Positions 36,806 through 47,087 of a stretch of DNA of 64,000 nucleotides are shown here, piece by piece. The notes under the pieces are model-generated. The model was not told where the DNA came from. It ran no database searches and saw nothing but the letters and a program-made list of their open reading frames with translations. The position numbers and the translations under genes were made by a program. Position 1 is the first letter of the stretch; every line of letters begins with the position of its first letter. Source of the DNA: Candidatus Eiseniibacteriota bacterium (lineage in GTDB: Bacteria > Eisenbacteria > RBG-16-71-46 > DASYSL01); the NCBI GenBank assembly GCA_031431875.1, contig JANPEF010000153.1, forward strand, positions 1 to 64,000, written 5' to 3'.

Positions 36806-36995
36806 TCGCCCTACCGCGGGCGGCCGCCGCATGGAGGTCCCGCGGCGGCCGCCGCTCCGGTCCCTGACGGAGCGCCGCGGATCGTCCGAAGTCCCGTTCG
36901 CTCCCGCATTCGCCCGGTCCGCGCCGGACGTTCGCGGGGCTTCCGCCCCTCCACCACGGTCACGGCCCGCCCCCGCGGGCCCGTCCGGAGGGCAC

Positions 36996-39089
36996 GTGCC
37001 GAGCATCGCCCCGCGTCGCCGCCTCTTTGCGGCGGCGGTCGTCGTCCTTCTCGCCGGGTCCGCGGTCACGCTGCGGCTCGCGTTTCTTCAACTCGTCCGC
37101 CACGGCCACTACGCCGAGCGCGCCGAAGTGAACCAGCGCGAGCGCGAGGCGCTGCTACCCGTGCGCGGGACGATCCGCGACCGCGACGGCCGCCTCCTCG
37201 CCCAGGACGCGCGCACCTACACGATCGTCGCCGAGCCGCGCCGCATGGACGATCCCGCGCGCGCTGCGCGCCGCATCGCCCGTGCCCTCGACCTCGACGC
37301 CGACCGCCTCGCCCGCGAGTTCAAGAAGCGTCCCGGATTCTGCTACGTCGACCGCAACCGCTCGCCCCAGGACGCGCAGATCGTGCGCGACTCGCTCGCC
37401 TCCGGTGCGTGGAAGGGTCTCGTACTCCACGCCACGGTGCGCCGCGACTATCCCGCCGGCGCCGCGCTGGCGCAGATCACCGGGCGGGCCGACATCGACA
37501 ACCGCGGGATCGAGGGGATCGAGTACCAGTTCGACTCGATGCTGCGCGGGGAGCAGGGCTGGCGCACGGTGCTGGCCGACGGGCGCGGGCGCCATGTGGG
37601 CCTGCCCGGCTGGTCGCAGCGCAAGCCGGTCGACGGGCACTCGATCGAGCTCACCGTCGACGCCGACATCCAGAGCGTCGTGAGCCAGCGACTGCTCGCC
37701 GCGGTCGACACGCTCAAGGCGGTCAAGGCGATCGCCGTCGTGCTCGATCCATGGACGGGCGAGATCCTCGCTGCCGCCTCCGAGCCGCAGGGGGCGGACG
37801 GCACGGTCCGCAACCAGGCCATCACCGACCAGTTCGAGCCGGGCTCGACGTTCAAGATGGTCGTCGTCTCGGCCGCGCTCGAGGAGGGGAAGGCCACGCC
37901 GGAGCAGGTCTACGACGCCGAGAACGGCGCCTATTCCTTCGCCGGCTCGACGATCCGCGACTCGCACCCGTACGGGCTGCTCAAGCTGCGCGATGCCGTG
38001 CGCGTCTCGAGCAATATCGTCGCGGGCAAGCTGGGCCTCGAGATCGGCGCCCAGACCATGTACGACTACGCGACCGCGTTCGGGTTCGGTGCGCTCACCG
38101 GCCTCGAGTTCCCGGGCGAGACGCCGGGGCTGCTGCGCCACCCGTCGCGCTGGTCGGGCCGCTCGTTGCCGACGGTCGCGATGGGGCACGAGATGTCGGT
38201 CACCGCGCTCCAGCTCGCGCTGGCCTACGGCGCGCTGGCCAACGGCGGCACGCTGATGGCGCCGCAGATCCTCAAGCGCGAGAGCGACGCGAAGGGGAAC
38301 GTCCTGCGCGTCGCCGAGCCGCGCCCGCTGCGGACGGTGATCTCCGAGGAGACCGCCACGACGATGCGCACGATGCTCACCGCGGTCGTCGACTCGGGCA
38401 CGGCAAGGAAGGCGCAGTTGCCGTGGTCAGCGGTCGCCGGGAAGACCGGGACCGCGCAGAAGTTCGACACCGTGCTCCACACCTATCGCAGCCACAAGTA
38501 CCTCGCCTCGTTCGTCGGGCTCCTGCCCGCCGACCGGCCGCGCCTGGTCTGCGTGGTCATGATCGACGAGCCGAAGAACGGCTACTACGGGGGCGACATC
38601 GCCGCCCCGGTGTTCCGCAACATCATGGAGGACCTGTACCGCCTCCGCGGCGGCCCGCTCGCTCCCGCGCCGGAGCGCGCACGCTTCGCGCCGCCCCGTC
38701 CGCGCGATGTGGCGGTCCCGGGCGTGCGCGCGCTGCCCATCGCGGGCGCCCGCCTGGTGCTGCGCGACGCCGGCCTGCGGGTCAAGATCGAGGGCGACGG
38801 CAAGCGCGTGCTTGCCCAGCATCCGGCCGCCGGCGCGCGGGCCGAGCGCGGCACCGTCGTCGTGCTGGCCACGCGACCGCGCCGCGACGTCGTTCCCGAC
38901 GTCACCGGGCTTACCGCGCGCGACGCCCTGACCACCCTCGCCGAGTATGCGATACCGGTGCGGGTCGAGGGGCGCGGCCTCGTCGTGCGGCAGTCGCCGG
39001 CCGCGGGCGGCGCGTTCGGCCGCGGGACGTCGTGTGTTCTCGTGTGCGAGGAGCGGACTGCTCTCGCGTCCGCGCGGGGTGCCGATTGA
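36996..39089 (+). CDS. ftsI: Peptidoglycan D,D-transpeptidase FtsI with two PASTA domains
   Basis: RGTIRDRDG, EPGSTFK, SSN, GKTGTAQ, VPGV/VPDV PASTA repeats; GTG start after GGAGG (alternative ATG 36831). Confidence 0.95.
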   Translation: MPSIAPRRRLFAAAVVVLLAGSAVTLRLAFLQLVRHGHYAERAEVNQREREALLPVRGTIRDRDGRLLAQDARTYTIVAEPRRMDDPARAARRIARALDLDADRLAREFKKRPGFCYVDRNRSPQDAQIVRDSLASGAWKGLVLHATVRRDYPAGAALAQITGRADIDNRGIEGIEYQFDSMLRGEQGWRTVLADGRGRHVGLPGWSQRKPVDGHSIELTVDADIQSVVSQRLLAAVDTLKAVKAIAVVLDPWTGEILAAASEPQGADGTVRNQAITDQFEPGSTFKMVVVSAALEEGKATPEQVYDAENGAYSFAGSTIRDSHPYGLLKLRDAVRVSSNIVAGKLGLEIGAQTMYDYATAFGFGALTGLEFPGETPGLLRHPSRWSGRSLPTVAMGHEMSVTALQLALAYGALANGGTLMAPQILKRESDAKGNVLRVAEPRPLRTVISEETATTMRTMLTAVVDSGTARKAQLPWSAVAGKTGTAQKFDTVLHTYRSHKYLASFVGLLPADRPRLVCVVMIDEPKNGYYGGDIAAPVFRNIMEDLYRLRGGPLAPAPERARFAPPRPRDVAVPGVRALPIAGARLVLRDAGLRVKIEGDGKRVLAQHPAAGARAERGTVVVLATRPRRDVVPDVTGLTARDALTTLAEYAIPVRVEGRGLVVRQSPAAGGAFGRGTSCVLVCEERTALASARGAD

Positions 39090-40717
39090 GCGCGACCCGC
39101 GGACCGTGGCCGCTGTCCTGGGACCAGTTCCTGCTCGCGCTCGGCGTGAGTGACGACGCCGTGCGCGGCACCGCACCCGCCGCGGTGGCCGGCGCGGCGT
39201 ATGACTCGCGCCGCGTGCGGGAAGGGGACGCGTTCTTCGCGCTCCCCGGGGTGACGACTGCGGGCGCGAATTTCGCCGCCGCAGCGGCGTCGCGTGGCGC
39301 GGCCTGCGTCGTCGCCGAGGCACCGACCGGCGTGCTCGACGTCGCGCTCCCGGCGGGACGGGCGACCAGCGAGGTGATCGTGGGGGAAGCCCGCCGGGCG
39401 CTGGCCGAGGCGGCGCGCGCGCTGTACCGCGATCCGTCGACGCGCCTCAAGCTGGTGGGACTCACCGGCACGAACGGCAAGACGACGACCGCCTTCCTCA
39501 CCCGCGCCATCCTCGAAGAGGCGGGGATCGCGGCGGGGCTGGTCGGCACCGCGGGCTACGACGCGGGCGACGGGCTCGTGCCGTCGGCGTTCACCACGCC
39601 CGAGGCGCCCGACCTCATCGACCTGCTCGACGCGATGAGCGTGCGCGGGCTCGCCGCCTGCGTGATGGAGGTGTCGAGCCACGCGCTCGCGCAGCGCCGC
39701 GCTTACGGGCTGTCGTTCGCCAGCGTCGTCTTCACCAACCTGACGCGTGACCACCTCGACTACCACGGCACGGAGGAGTCGTACCTCGCGGCCAAGCTGC
39801 GCCTGTTCGACGGCGGCAACGGTGGAACCACGGCCGGTGTCACCGCCGTCGTCCATGCCAGCGATCCGCACGCCGCCGACGTGATCGCGGCCTGCGCCAA
39901 GGGGGGCATGCGCGTCGTCCGCTTCGCGCTCGACGGTGCGGCGGGCGCCGCCGCTGCCGAGCTCGTGGCGCGCGATGTCGAACTGGCACCGCGCAGCTCG
40001 CGCTTCACGTTGGTCGAGCGCGCCGCCGGGGCCGGGTTGGTGGCGACGCCGCTCACGCTGCCGCTCGCCGGGCGGCACAACATCGAGAATGCGCTGGCGG
40101 CGTGGGGCGCAGCGACGGCGCTCGGCGCGTCGACGGCGGCCGCAGCGCGGGCGCTCGAGCGCTTCGCCGGTGTTCCCGGCCGGCTCGAGGCGATCGACGC
40201 GGGCCAGCCGTTCGCGGTGTTCGTCGATTACGCGCACACGCCCGACGCGCTCGAGCGGGTGCTCGCCGCGGTGCGTGCGACGCTGCCCACGGGCGCGCGA
40301 CTGGGAGTGGTGTTCGGCTGCGGTGGCGATCGCGATCGCGGCAAGCGCGGCATGATGGGTCGCGCGGCCGTCCGCGGGGCCGACTTCGCGATCGTCACCG
40401 ACGACAACCCGCGCAACGAGAGTCCCGCCGTGATCCGCGGCGAGGCGATGAAGGGGGCGCTCGCCGCTTTCGGCTCGGGCGAGGCGCCGGCCGGTGCGGC
40501 CGCGCCGGGCGAGATCGCCGGCCGCCGGCGCGCGCTCGAGGCGGCATTTGCCCGCGCGGGCGTGGGCGATGCCATCGTGATCGCAGGCAAGGGCCACGAG
40601 GTGACGCAGAGCGTCGCCGGCAAGTCCGTGCCGTTCGACGATCGGGCCGAGGCACGCCGTGCGCTCGAGTCCCTGGGCTTCACGACGCCGGCCGACGGCC
40701 GAAGGGAGCGCGCGTGA
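39086..40717 (+). CDS. murE: UDP-MurNAc-tripeptide synthetase MurE (meso-DAP type)
   Basis: DSRRV, TGTNGKTT, MEVSSH, DHLDYH, DYAHTPD, GCGGDRD, DNPR, GKGHE; TTG start. Confidence 0.96.
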   Translation: MSATRGPWPLSWDQFLLALGVSDDAVRGTAPAAVAGAAYDSRRVREGDAFFALPGVTTAGANFAAAAASRGAACVVAEAPTGVLDVALPAGRATSEVIVGEARRALAEAARALYRDPSTRLKLVGLTGTNGKTTTAFLTRAILEEAGIAAGLVGTAGYDAGDGLVPSAFTTPEAPDLIDLLDAMSVRGLAACVMEVSSHALAQRRAYGLSFASVVFTNLTRDHLDYHGTEESYLAAKLRLFDGGNGGTTAGVTAVVHASDPHAADVIAACAKGGMRVVRFALDGAAGAAAAELVARDVELAPRSSRFTLVERAAGAGLVATPLTLPLAGRHNIENALAAWGAATALGASTAAAARALERFAGVPGRLEAIDAGQPFAVFVDYAHTPDALERVLAAVRATLPTGARLGVVFGCGGDRDRGKRGMMGRAAVRGADFAIVTDDNPRNESPAVIRGEAMKGALAAFGSGEAPAGAAAPGEIAGRRRALEAAFARAGVGDAIVIAGKGHEVTQSVAGKSVPFDDRAEARRALESLGFTTPADGRRERA

Positions 40718-42153
40718 GCCGCGAGTGGACGCTGCTCGACGTCGCGCGCGCCACCGGCGCCGAGCTGGCGGCGCTGAACGCTGGTGCGGTCGCGGTCGCG
40801 GTCACCGGTGCGGCGCTCGATTCGCGCCGGCTCGCGCCGGGGCGCGTCTTCGTGCCGCTGCCGGGTGCCCGCACCGAAGGCCACGGGTTCGTGGCCGCGG
40901 CCCTCGCCGGGGGCGCGGCCGCGTCGTTCTGTCGCCGCGAGCGGCACGCCGAGATCGCCGCCGCCTGCGCCGCCGCGGGGGTCGACGCGAGCGGCCGCCT
41001 GCTCGTCGTCGCCGATCCCGCAACCGCGCTCGGCACCTGGGCCAGGGCCCGGCGCACGGCGTGGACGGGCACGCTGGTCGGCCTGTGCGGCAGCAACGGC
41101 AAGACGACGACGAAGGAGATGCTGGCTGCGATCTTTGCGCAGCGCGGGCCGACCAGCCGCACCGAGGGCAACCTCAACAACCAGCTCGGCGTCCCGGTCA
41201 CCCTCACGCGCCTGGCCGCGGTCGAGCGCTACGCGGTGGTCGAGATCGGCATGAACCACCCGGGTGAGGTGCGCGCGCTGTCGCAGCTCGCGCGCCCGAC
41301 TGGGGCGGTGATCACCAACGTCGGCCCGGAGCACCTCGAGGGCATGGGCTCGCTCGACGCGGTCGCGCGGGCCGAGGCCGAGGTCGGCGAGGCGCTCGCG
41401 CCCGGTGCGCCGCTGGTCGTGCCCGGCGACGACGCCCGGCTCGCCGAGTGCGTGCACGCGTTCCCGGCGCGGCGCGTCACGTTCGCGCTCACGCCGGGCT
41501 CCGACTACGTCGCGACCGACGTTGAGCTCCTGGGCACCGCGGGCGCGCGCTTCCGCGTCGCCGGGTTCCCGCCGCTGTCGATCCCGCTGCCCGGCCTGCA
41601 CTCGGTGAAGAACGCGCTCGCCGCCGTGGCCTGCGCGCACGTCTCGGGGATCACGCCCGAGGAGTGCGCGCGCGGCCTCGCCGCGATGACGCGTCCCGCG
41701 GGCCGAACCGAGGTCGAGGTGCGTGGCGGCGTGACGCTGCTGCTCGATCACTACAACGCGAACCCCGCCTCGCTCGACGCGGCGCTCGACCTGCTCGAGT
41801 CGTGGCCCGGCGCGGCGAAGCGCTACGCAGCGCTTGGCGACATGCTCGAGCTGGGCGCCACTGCGCCCGACTGGCACGCCGCCGCGGGCCGTCGCCTGCC
41901 GCGCATCGACGGCGCGTACCTGTGGGGCCCGTTGATGACGCATGCGCTGGCCGCCGCGCGCGAGGCGGACCAGGCCGCACGCGTGACGCACTTCGCCGAG
42001 CGCCGGACCCTGGCGCGGTCGCTTGCCGCGACGCTCGCGCCGGGCGACGTCGTGCTGGTCAAGGGCTCGCGCGGATCGGCGATGGAAGAGGCGATCGAGA
42101 TCCTGCGCGAGGCGCTGGGCGGGGCGACGGATGCGGCGGGGGAGGGACGCTGA
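40714..42153 (+). CDS. murF: MurF ligase
   Basis: GSNGKTTTKE, GNLNNQLG, EIGMNH, YNANP, LGDMLELG, VKGSRG. Confidence 0.96.
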   Translation: MSREWTLLDVARATGAELAALNAGAVAVAVTGAALDSRRLAPGRVFVPLPGARTEGHGFVAAALAGGAAASFCRRERHAEIAAACAAAGVDASGRLLVVADPATALGTWARARRTAWTGTLVGLCGSNGKTTTKEMLAAIFAQRGPTSRTEGNLNNQLGVPVTLTRLAAVERYAVVEIGMNHPGEVRALSQLARPTGAVITNVGPEHLEGMGSLDAVARAEAEVGEALAPGAPLVVPGDDARLAECVHAFPARRVTFALTPGSDYVATDVELLGTAGARFRVAGFPPLSIPLPGLHSVKNALAAVACAHVSGITPEECARGLAAMTRPAGRTEVEVRGGVTLLLDHYNANPASLDAALDLLESWPGAAKRYAALGDMLELGATAPDWHAAAGRRLPRIDGAYLWGPLMTHALAAAREADQAARVTHFAERRTLARSLAATLAPGDVVLVKGSRGSAMEEAIEILREALGGATDAAGEGR

Positions 42154-42154
42154 C

Positions 42155-43243
42155 GTGTTCTACTACCTCCATGAGCTGAGCCAGATCGAGGGCCTCGGGT
42201 TCCTCAATGTCTTCCGCTACCTGACGTTCCGCGCGGCCTACGCGGCCATCACCGCACTCATCATCTCGTTCCTCGTCGGGCCGCACCTCATCCACTGGTT
42301 GAGCGAGGTGAAGCTCGGACAGCGCATCCGTGCCGAAGGCCCGCAGTCGCACCAGGGCAAGGCCGGCACGCCGACGATGGGCGGCCTGCTGATCCTGCTC
42401 GCGATCACGCTGCCCACGCTGCTGTGGGCCGACCTGACGAACCGCAATATCCTGCTCGCGCTCGGCGCCACGCTGGCACTCGGCGCGCTCGGCATGCTCG
42501 ACGACTGGCTGCACGTGGTCAAGGGCATCAAGGCGGGGCTGATGGGGCGCTGGAAGCTGCTCGGCCAGGCCGCGATCGGGGCGACCGTCGGGCTCGTCCT
42601 GCTGTTCATCCCGACCGAGCACGTGCCGGCGACGGTGACGACAGTGCCGTTCCTCAAGTTCAATTACGTCGACTTCGGCTGGCTGTTCGTGCCCTTCGTG
42701 ATGATCGTGATCACCGGCACGTCGAATGCCGTGAACCTGACCGACGGACTCGACGGGCTCGCCTCGGGGCTGGTCGCCATGGTCGCGGTCACGTTCGCGT
42801 TCCTGTGCTACGTCTCGGGTCACGTCAAGTTCAGCCAGTACCTGAACGTGCTCTACCTGCCCGGCAGCGGTGAGTTGACCGTGTTCTGTGCGGCGATCTT
42901 CGGCGCCGCGCTCGGCTTCCTGTGGTTCAACTGCCACCCGGCGGACGTCTTCATGGGCGACACCGGCTCGCTCGCCCTCGGCGGTGCGCTGGGCATCGTG
43001 GCCGTGCTCATCAAGAAGGAGTTCCTGCTCGTCGTGGTGGGCGGCGTCTTCGTCGCCGAGGCGCTATCGGTGATCATCCAGGTGGCCTCGTTCAAGCTCA
43101 CCGGCAAGCGCGTGTTCAAGATGTCGCCGCTCCATCACCACTTCGAGCTCTCGGGCTGGGCGGAGAGTCGGGTCGTCGTCCGTTTCTACATCGTCGCGGC
43201 GCTGCTGGCGCTGGTCACGCTGTCCACCCTCAAGCTCCAGTGA
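42155..43243 (+). CDS. mraY: Phospho-MurNAc-pentapeptide transferase MraY
   Basis: KAGTPTMGG, SNAVNLTDGLDGL, FMGDTGSL, PLHHHFE. Confidence 0.97.
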   Translation: MFYYLHELSQIEGLGFLNVFRYLTFRAAYAAITALIISFLVGPHLIHWLSEVKLGQRIRAEGPQSHQGKAGTPTMGGLLILLAITLPTLLWADLTNRNILLALGATLALGALGMLDDWLHVVKGIKAGLMGRWKLLGQAAIGATVGLVLLFIPTEHVPATVTTVPFLKFNYVDFGWLFVPFVMIVITGTSNAVNLTDGLDGLASGLVAMVAVTFAFLCYVSGHVKFSQYLNVLYLPGSGELTVFCAAIFGAALGFLWFNCHPADVFMGDTGSLALGGALGIVAVLIKKEFLLVVVGGVFVAEALSVIIQVASFKLTGKRVFKMSPLHHHFELSGWAESRVVVRFYIVAALLALVTLSTLKLQ

Positions 43244-44721
43244 ACGGGACCCTCGCCATGACCCCAGCCGTCCCCCCCGCGCTCCCGGTTCCGGCCAAGG
43301 ACGCGCCGCGCACGTGGTTCGCCTGGACCGGTCGCCGCGCGCTCGTCCTCGGCGCGGCGCGCTCCGGGCGCGCGGCGGCGCGACTGCTCGCCGAGCGCGG
43401 CGTGCCGGTGACTCTGGCCGACGGCCGCGCGCGCGAGGCACTGGGCGGCGCCGAGGGACTGACTGCGCTCGAGGAGTGCGGGGTGCGCATCGCCGCCGGC
43501 CGCGACGACGCGGCGCTGCTCGACGGCGCCGACATCGTCGTCACGAGCCCGGGCGTGCCGTCGACGGCCGCGCTGCTGGCCGCTGCCGACCGGCGCGGCG
43601 TGCCGGTCGTGGCCGAGCTCGAACTCGCCTTCCAGGCGTCGCGCGCGCCGTGGGTGGCGATCACGGGGACGAACGGGAAGAGCACGACGACCGCGCTCGC
43701 CGGGCGCCTCGTCGCCGCGACGGGGCGGCCGACGTTCGTCTGCGGCAACATCGGCGAGGCCGCGTGCGAGCGCGCCGCGGCGATCCCCGCCGAGGGCGCG
43801 ATCGTGGCCGAGGTCAGCTCGTTCCAGCTCGAGCGCGTCGTCGCGTTCAAGCCGGTCCTCGCTCTGGTGACCAACCTGACGCCGGATCACCTCGATCGCC
43901 ACGGCGATCTCGGGATCTACGCCGCGCTCAAGGCGCGCGTGTTCGCGCAGCAGGACGCGGGGGATCGCGCGGTGCTCAACGCCGACGATCCCGCCACCGC
44001 CGACTGGGCCGCTCGATTCGCGCTCGCCGCGCGCGTGGGTTACGTGCGCGCCACCGATCGTCCGGAGCTTGCGGGATTCGACGGCGCGCTGGTCGACGCC
44101 GCCGGCGCAGTCGTGCGTGTCCGGGAAGGGCACAGGGACGTGCTTCTCCCGGCGCGTGCACTCCGGATCCCGGGGCCGCACAACGTCATGAACGCGCTGT
44201 GCGCGGTCGCGGCGACGCTGCCGTGGAGCGTGCCGGTCGCCGCGCTGGGGGCGGAACTCACCGCATTCCCGGGCCTCGAGCATCGCCTCGAGGCGGCGGG
44301 CACGGTCGGCGCGATCCGCTTCTGGAACGACAGCAAGGCAACGAACGTCGACTCGCTGCGCACCGCGCTGCTCGCCTTCGCCGCGCCGCTGGTGGTGATC
44401 GCCGGTGGGCGCGACAAGGCCGGCCCATGGACGTCGCTCGCCGCACTGGCGGGCGAGAAGATCGGGCGGCTGGTCCTCATCGGCGAGGCGGCCCCGACGA
44501 TCGCCGCGGCGTGGCCCACGGTGCCGTCGGAGCGCGCGAGCGACCTCGCCGACGCCGTGCGCCGCGCACATGTCGCCGCCGTGGCGCTGGGCGGCGCACC
44601 GGTCGTCCTGTCCCCCGGGTGCGCGTCGTTCGACATGTTCAGCGACTACGAGGATCGCGGGCGCCGCTTCAAGGCGGCGGTCGCCGCGCTCGCCGCGACT
44701 TCGCAGGGGGAGGGCGCATGA
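43240..44721 (+). CDS. murD: MurD ligase
   Basis: SPGVP, ITGTNGKSTTT, EVSSFQL, DHLDRH, HRLE, NDSKATN, SPGCASFD. Confidence 0.96.
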   Translation: MNGTLAMTPAVPPALPVPAKDAPRTWFAWTGRRALVLGAARSGRAAARLLAERGVPVTLADGRAREALGGAEGLTALEECGVRIAAGRDDAALLDGADIVVTSPGVPSTAALLAAADRRGVPVVAELELAFQASRAPWVAITGTNGKSTTTALAGRLVAATGRPTFVCGNIGEAACERAAAIPAEGAIVAEVSSFQLERVVAFKPVLALVTNLTPDHLDRHGDLGIYAALKARVFAQQDAGDRAVLNADDPATADWAARFALAARVGYVRATDRPELAGFDGALVDAAGAVVRVREGHRDVLLPARALRIPGPHNVMNALCAVAATLPWSVPVAALGAELTAFPGLEHRLEAAGTVGAIRFWNDSKATNVDSLRTALLAFAAPLVVIAGGRDKAGPWTSLAALAGEKIGRLVLIGEAAPTIAAAWPTVPSERASDLADAVRRAHVAAVALGGAPVVLSPGCASFDMFSDYEDRGRRFKAAVAALAATSQGEGA

Positions 44722-45929
44722 TCGAGGCCCCGCGCCGCCCCGACCCCGTCATCGCGCTGACGCCGCTGATCGTCGCCGTGGTGTCGCTGGTGATCGTCTA
44801 CTCGGCGAGCTCGATCCTGGGCCTCACCACCTACCAGGATCCGTACTACTTCCTGTTCCGTCGCTCGATTCACCTCGTGATCGGGCTCGCCGCGTTCTTC
44901 TGGCTCGCCCGCACCGACCTCGATCGCTTCATCGACAAGCACGCGGGACGCATGTTCCTCGGCGTGCTCGCGCTGCTGGCCATGCTCGCGTTCGCCCACG
45001 GCATCGCCTCGTCGCGCGGTGCACGGCGCTGGGTCGGCCTGTTCGGCGCCACGTTCCAGCCGACCGAGATCGCCCGCGTCGTCGTCGTCATCTTCCTCGC
45101 CCGCTACCTGGCGCGCCGCGGCGAGGCGATCCGGAGCCTGCGCGGCGGCTTCCTGCCCGCGCTCATGGTCGGCGGGGCCGCCGTCGTCCTGATCGCCGTC
45201 CAGCCCAACCTGTCCTCGGCCGGCGTGCTGTTCGGCGTCGTGCTGGCGATGCTGTTCTTCGCCGGCGCACGCGCGATCCACCTCGTTGCGCTGCTCGGGC
45301 TCGGCTTCGTCGGCTTCCTCGGCATGCTCGCCACACACGAATACCAGCGCGGCCGCGTCGCCAACTTCCTGTCGTTCCTGTTCACCGGCAAGCTCGACTC
45401 GCTGGGCGCGGGCTGGCAGCTCGACCAGTCGCTGATCGCTCTCGGCTCGGGCGGCCTGTTCGGCCGCGGCTACGGCAAGAGCCTGCAGAAGTTCCTCTAC
45501 CTGCCGGATCCGCACACCGACTTCATCGTCGCCATCATCGGCGAGGAGGGCGGCTTCATCGCGACCGCGATGCTGCTGGTCGTGCTCCTCGCCTACCTGG
45601 CGCGCGGCTATCGCACGGCGTTCCGCGCGGTGGACGATCGCTCGTACCTGGTCGCCGCCGGGCTCACCACCCAGTTCGCGCTCTACACGTTCGTCAATTT
45701 CGGTGTGGCGACGGGACTGTTCCCGACCACGGGGCTCCCGTTGCCGTTCGTCTCGTACGGCGGTTCCGCGCTGGTGATGAACCTCGCGGCCGCCGGCATC
45801 CTGGTCAACATTTCGGCCCGTCAGTCGGCCGCGCGCCCGGTCACCGCCGGCGCGCCGGTGCCGAAGCGCGGCCGGAAGACCACGTTCGGCGCCGTCGGCG
45901 CACGCGGATTCGCGGGAGGCAGACGATGA
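44718..45929 (+). CDS. ftsW: SEDS peptidoglycan polymerase FtsW
   Basis: VYSAS, GARRW, FQPTE, HTDFI, EEGG, PTTGLPLPFVSYGGS. Confidence 0.96.
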   Translation: MIEAPRRPDPVIALTPLIVAVVSLVIVYSASSILGLTTYQDPYYFLFRRSIHLVIGLAAFFWLARTDLDRFIDKHAGRMFLGVLALLAMLAFAHGIASSRGARRWVGLFGATFQPTEIARVVVVIFLARYLARRGEAIRSLRGGFLPALMVGGAAVVLIAVQPNLSSAGVLFGVVLAMLFFAGARAIHLVALLGLGFVGFLGMLATHEYQRGRVANFLSFLFTGKLDSLGAGWQLDQSLIALGSGGLFGRGYGKSLQKFLYLPDPHTDFIVAIIGEEGGFIATAMLLVVLLAYLARGYRTAFRAVDDRSYLVAAGLTTQFALYTFVNFGVATGLFPTTGLPLPFVSYGGSALVMNLAAAGILVNISARQSAARPVTAGAPVPKRGRKTTFGAVGARGFAGGRR

Positions 45930-47086
45930 AGGTGCTCATCGCAGGCGGCGGCACCGGGGGACACATCTACCCGGGCATCGCGGTCGCCGAGGAACTGAAG
46001 CGCCTCGACCCGACGATCGAGATCCGGTTCGTGGGTGGAGATCGCGGTCTCGAGGGCCGGGTCGTTCCCGAGGCGGGCTTCGAGCTGGTCACCATCGGCG
46101 CCCGCGGCCTGCCGCGCCGCGCGCCGTGGAAGGTGCCCGGCGCGCTGCTGGCCAACGCCGGGGCGTTCTTCTCGTCGATCGGCATCGTCAACTCGTGGCG
46201 CCCCGACGTCGTGCTCGGCACCGGCGGTTACGTCTCCGCGCCGGTCGTCGTCGCGGCGTGGCTGGCCCGCCGCCCGGTCGTGCTGCAGGAGCAGAACTCG
46301 ATTCCCGGCCTGACCAATCGCCTGCTCGCCCGCGTCGCCGACGAGGTGCACCTGGCGTTCAGCGAGTCGCGCGGCTGGTTCGCGCGCAAGGACCGGCTCA
46401 AGCTGTCGGGCAACCCGGTGCGCCGCGAGATTCTCTCGGGCGAGCGCAAGCCCGCGCTGGCGCGCTTCGGCTTGGCCGAGGGCCTGCCCACCGCGTTCGT
46501 GTTCGGCGGCTCGCGCGGCGCGCGGCGCATCAACGAGGCGACGCTCGAGGCCATCCAGAAGTTGCGCGGCCACCTGGGCGCGCAATTCATCCTGCAGACC
46601 GGCAAGGAGGACTTCGCCTGGGCCAAGGAAAAAGCCGAGGCGCAGGGCCTGCCGGTGACGGTCGTGCCGTACCTGACACACATCCACGAGGCGTACGCGG
46701 CGGCCGACCTGGTGGTCTGCCGCGCCGGCGCGATGACGCTGGCCGAGATCGCCGCCTGCGGCGTGCCATCGATCCTCGTGCCCTATCCGTTCGCGGCCTA
46801 CAACCACCAGGAAGTGAACGCCCAGAACCTGGCCGAGCGCGGCGGCGCCGTGATGATCAAGGACGGCGAGCTCACCGGCGAGCGGCTGGCGCACGAACTG
46901 TCGCGCCTGCTCAAGGACCGCGAGACCCTGATCCGCATGTCGGCCAACGCGCGCCGCTTCGCGCGCCCGGACGCCGCCCAGCGGATCGCCCGGAGCCTGA
47001 CCGAGTGGGCGGCCGATGCGGCCGGCAAGCGCGCGGCGCGCGACGGCCGGGGCGTCGACACCGCCGGCGACGAGACCGGGGACTGA
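45926..47086 (+). CDS. murG: MurG GlcNAc transferase
   Basis: GGGTGGHIYP, GGYVS, EQNSIPG, GNPVR, GGSRGA, RAGAMT, HQEVNA. Confidence 0.97.
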   Translation: MKVLIAGGGTGGHIYPGIAVAEELKRLDPTIEIRFVGGDRGLEGRVVPEAGFELVTIGARGLPRRAPWKVPGALLANAGAFFSSIGIVNSWRPDVVLGTGGYVSAPVVVAAWLARRPVVLQEQNSIPGLTNRLLARVADEVHLAFSESRGWFARKDRLKLSGNPVRREILSGERKPALARFGLAEGLPTAFVFGGSRGARRINEATLEAIQKLRGHLGAQFILQTGKEDFAWAKEKAEAQGLPVTVVPYLTHIHEAYAAADLVVCRAGAMTLAEIAACGVPSILVPYPFAAYNHQEVNAQNLAERGGAVMIKDGELTGERLAHELSRLLKDRETLIRMSANARRFARPDAAQRIARSLTEWAADAAGKRAARDGRGVDTAGDETGD

Positions 47087-47087
47087 C

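Noticed and set aside
37409..40717. Apparent 1102-aa FtsI-MurE-like fusion ORF
   Set aside because: The upstream part is out of frame with ftsI; murE starts at TTG 39086, overlapping the ftsI stop.
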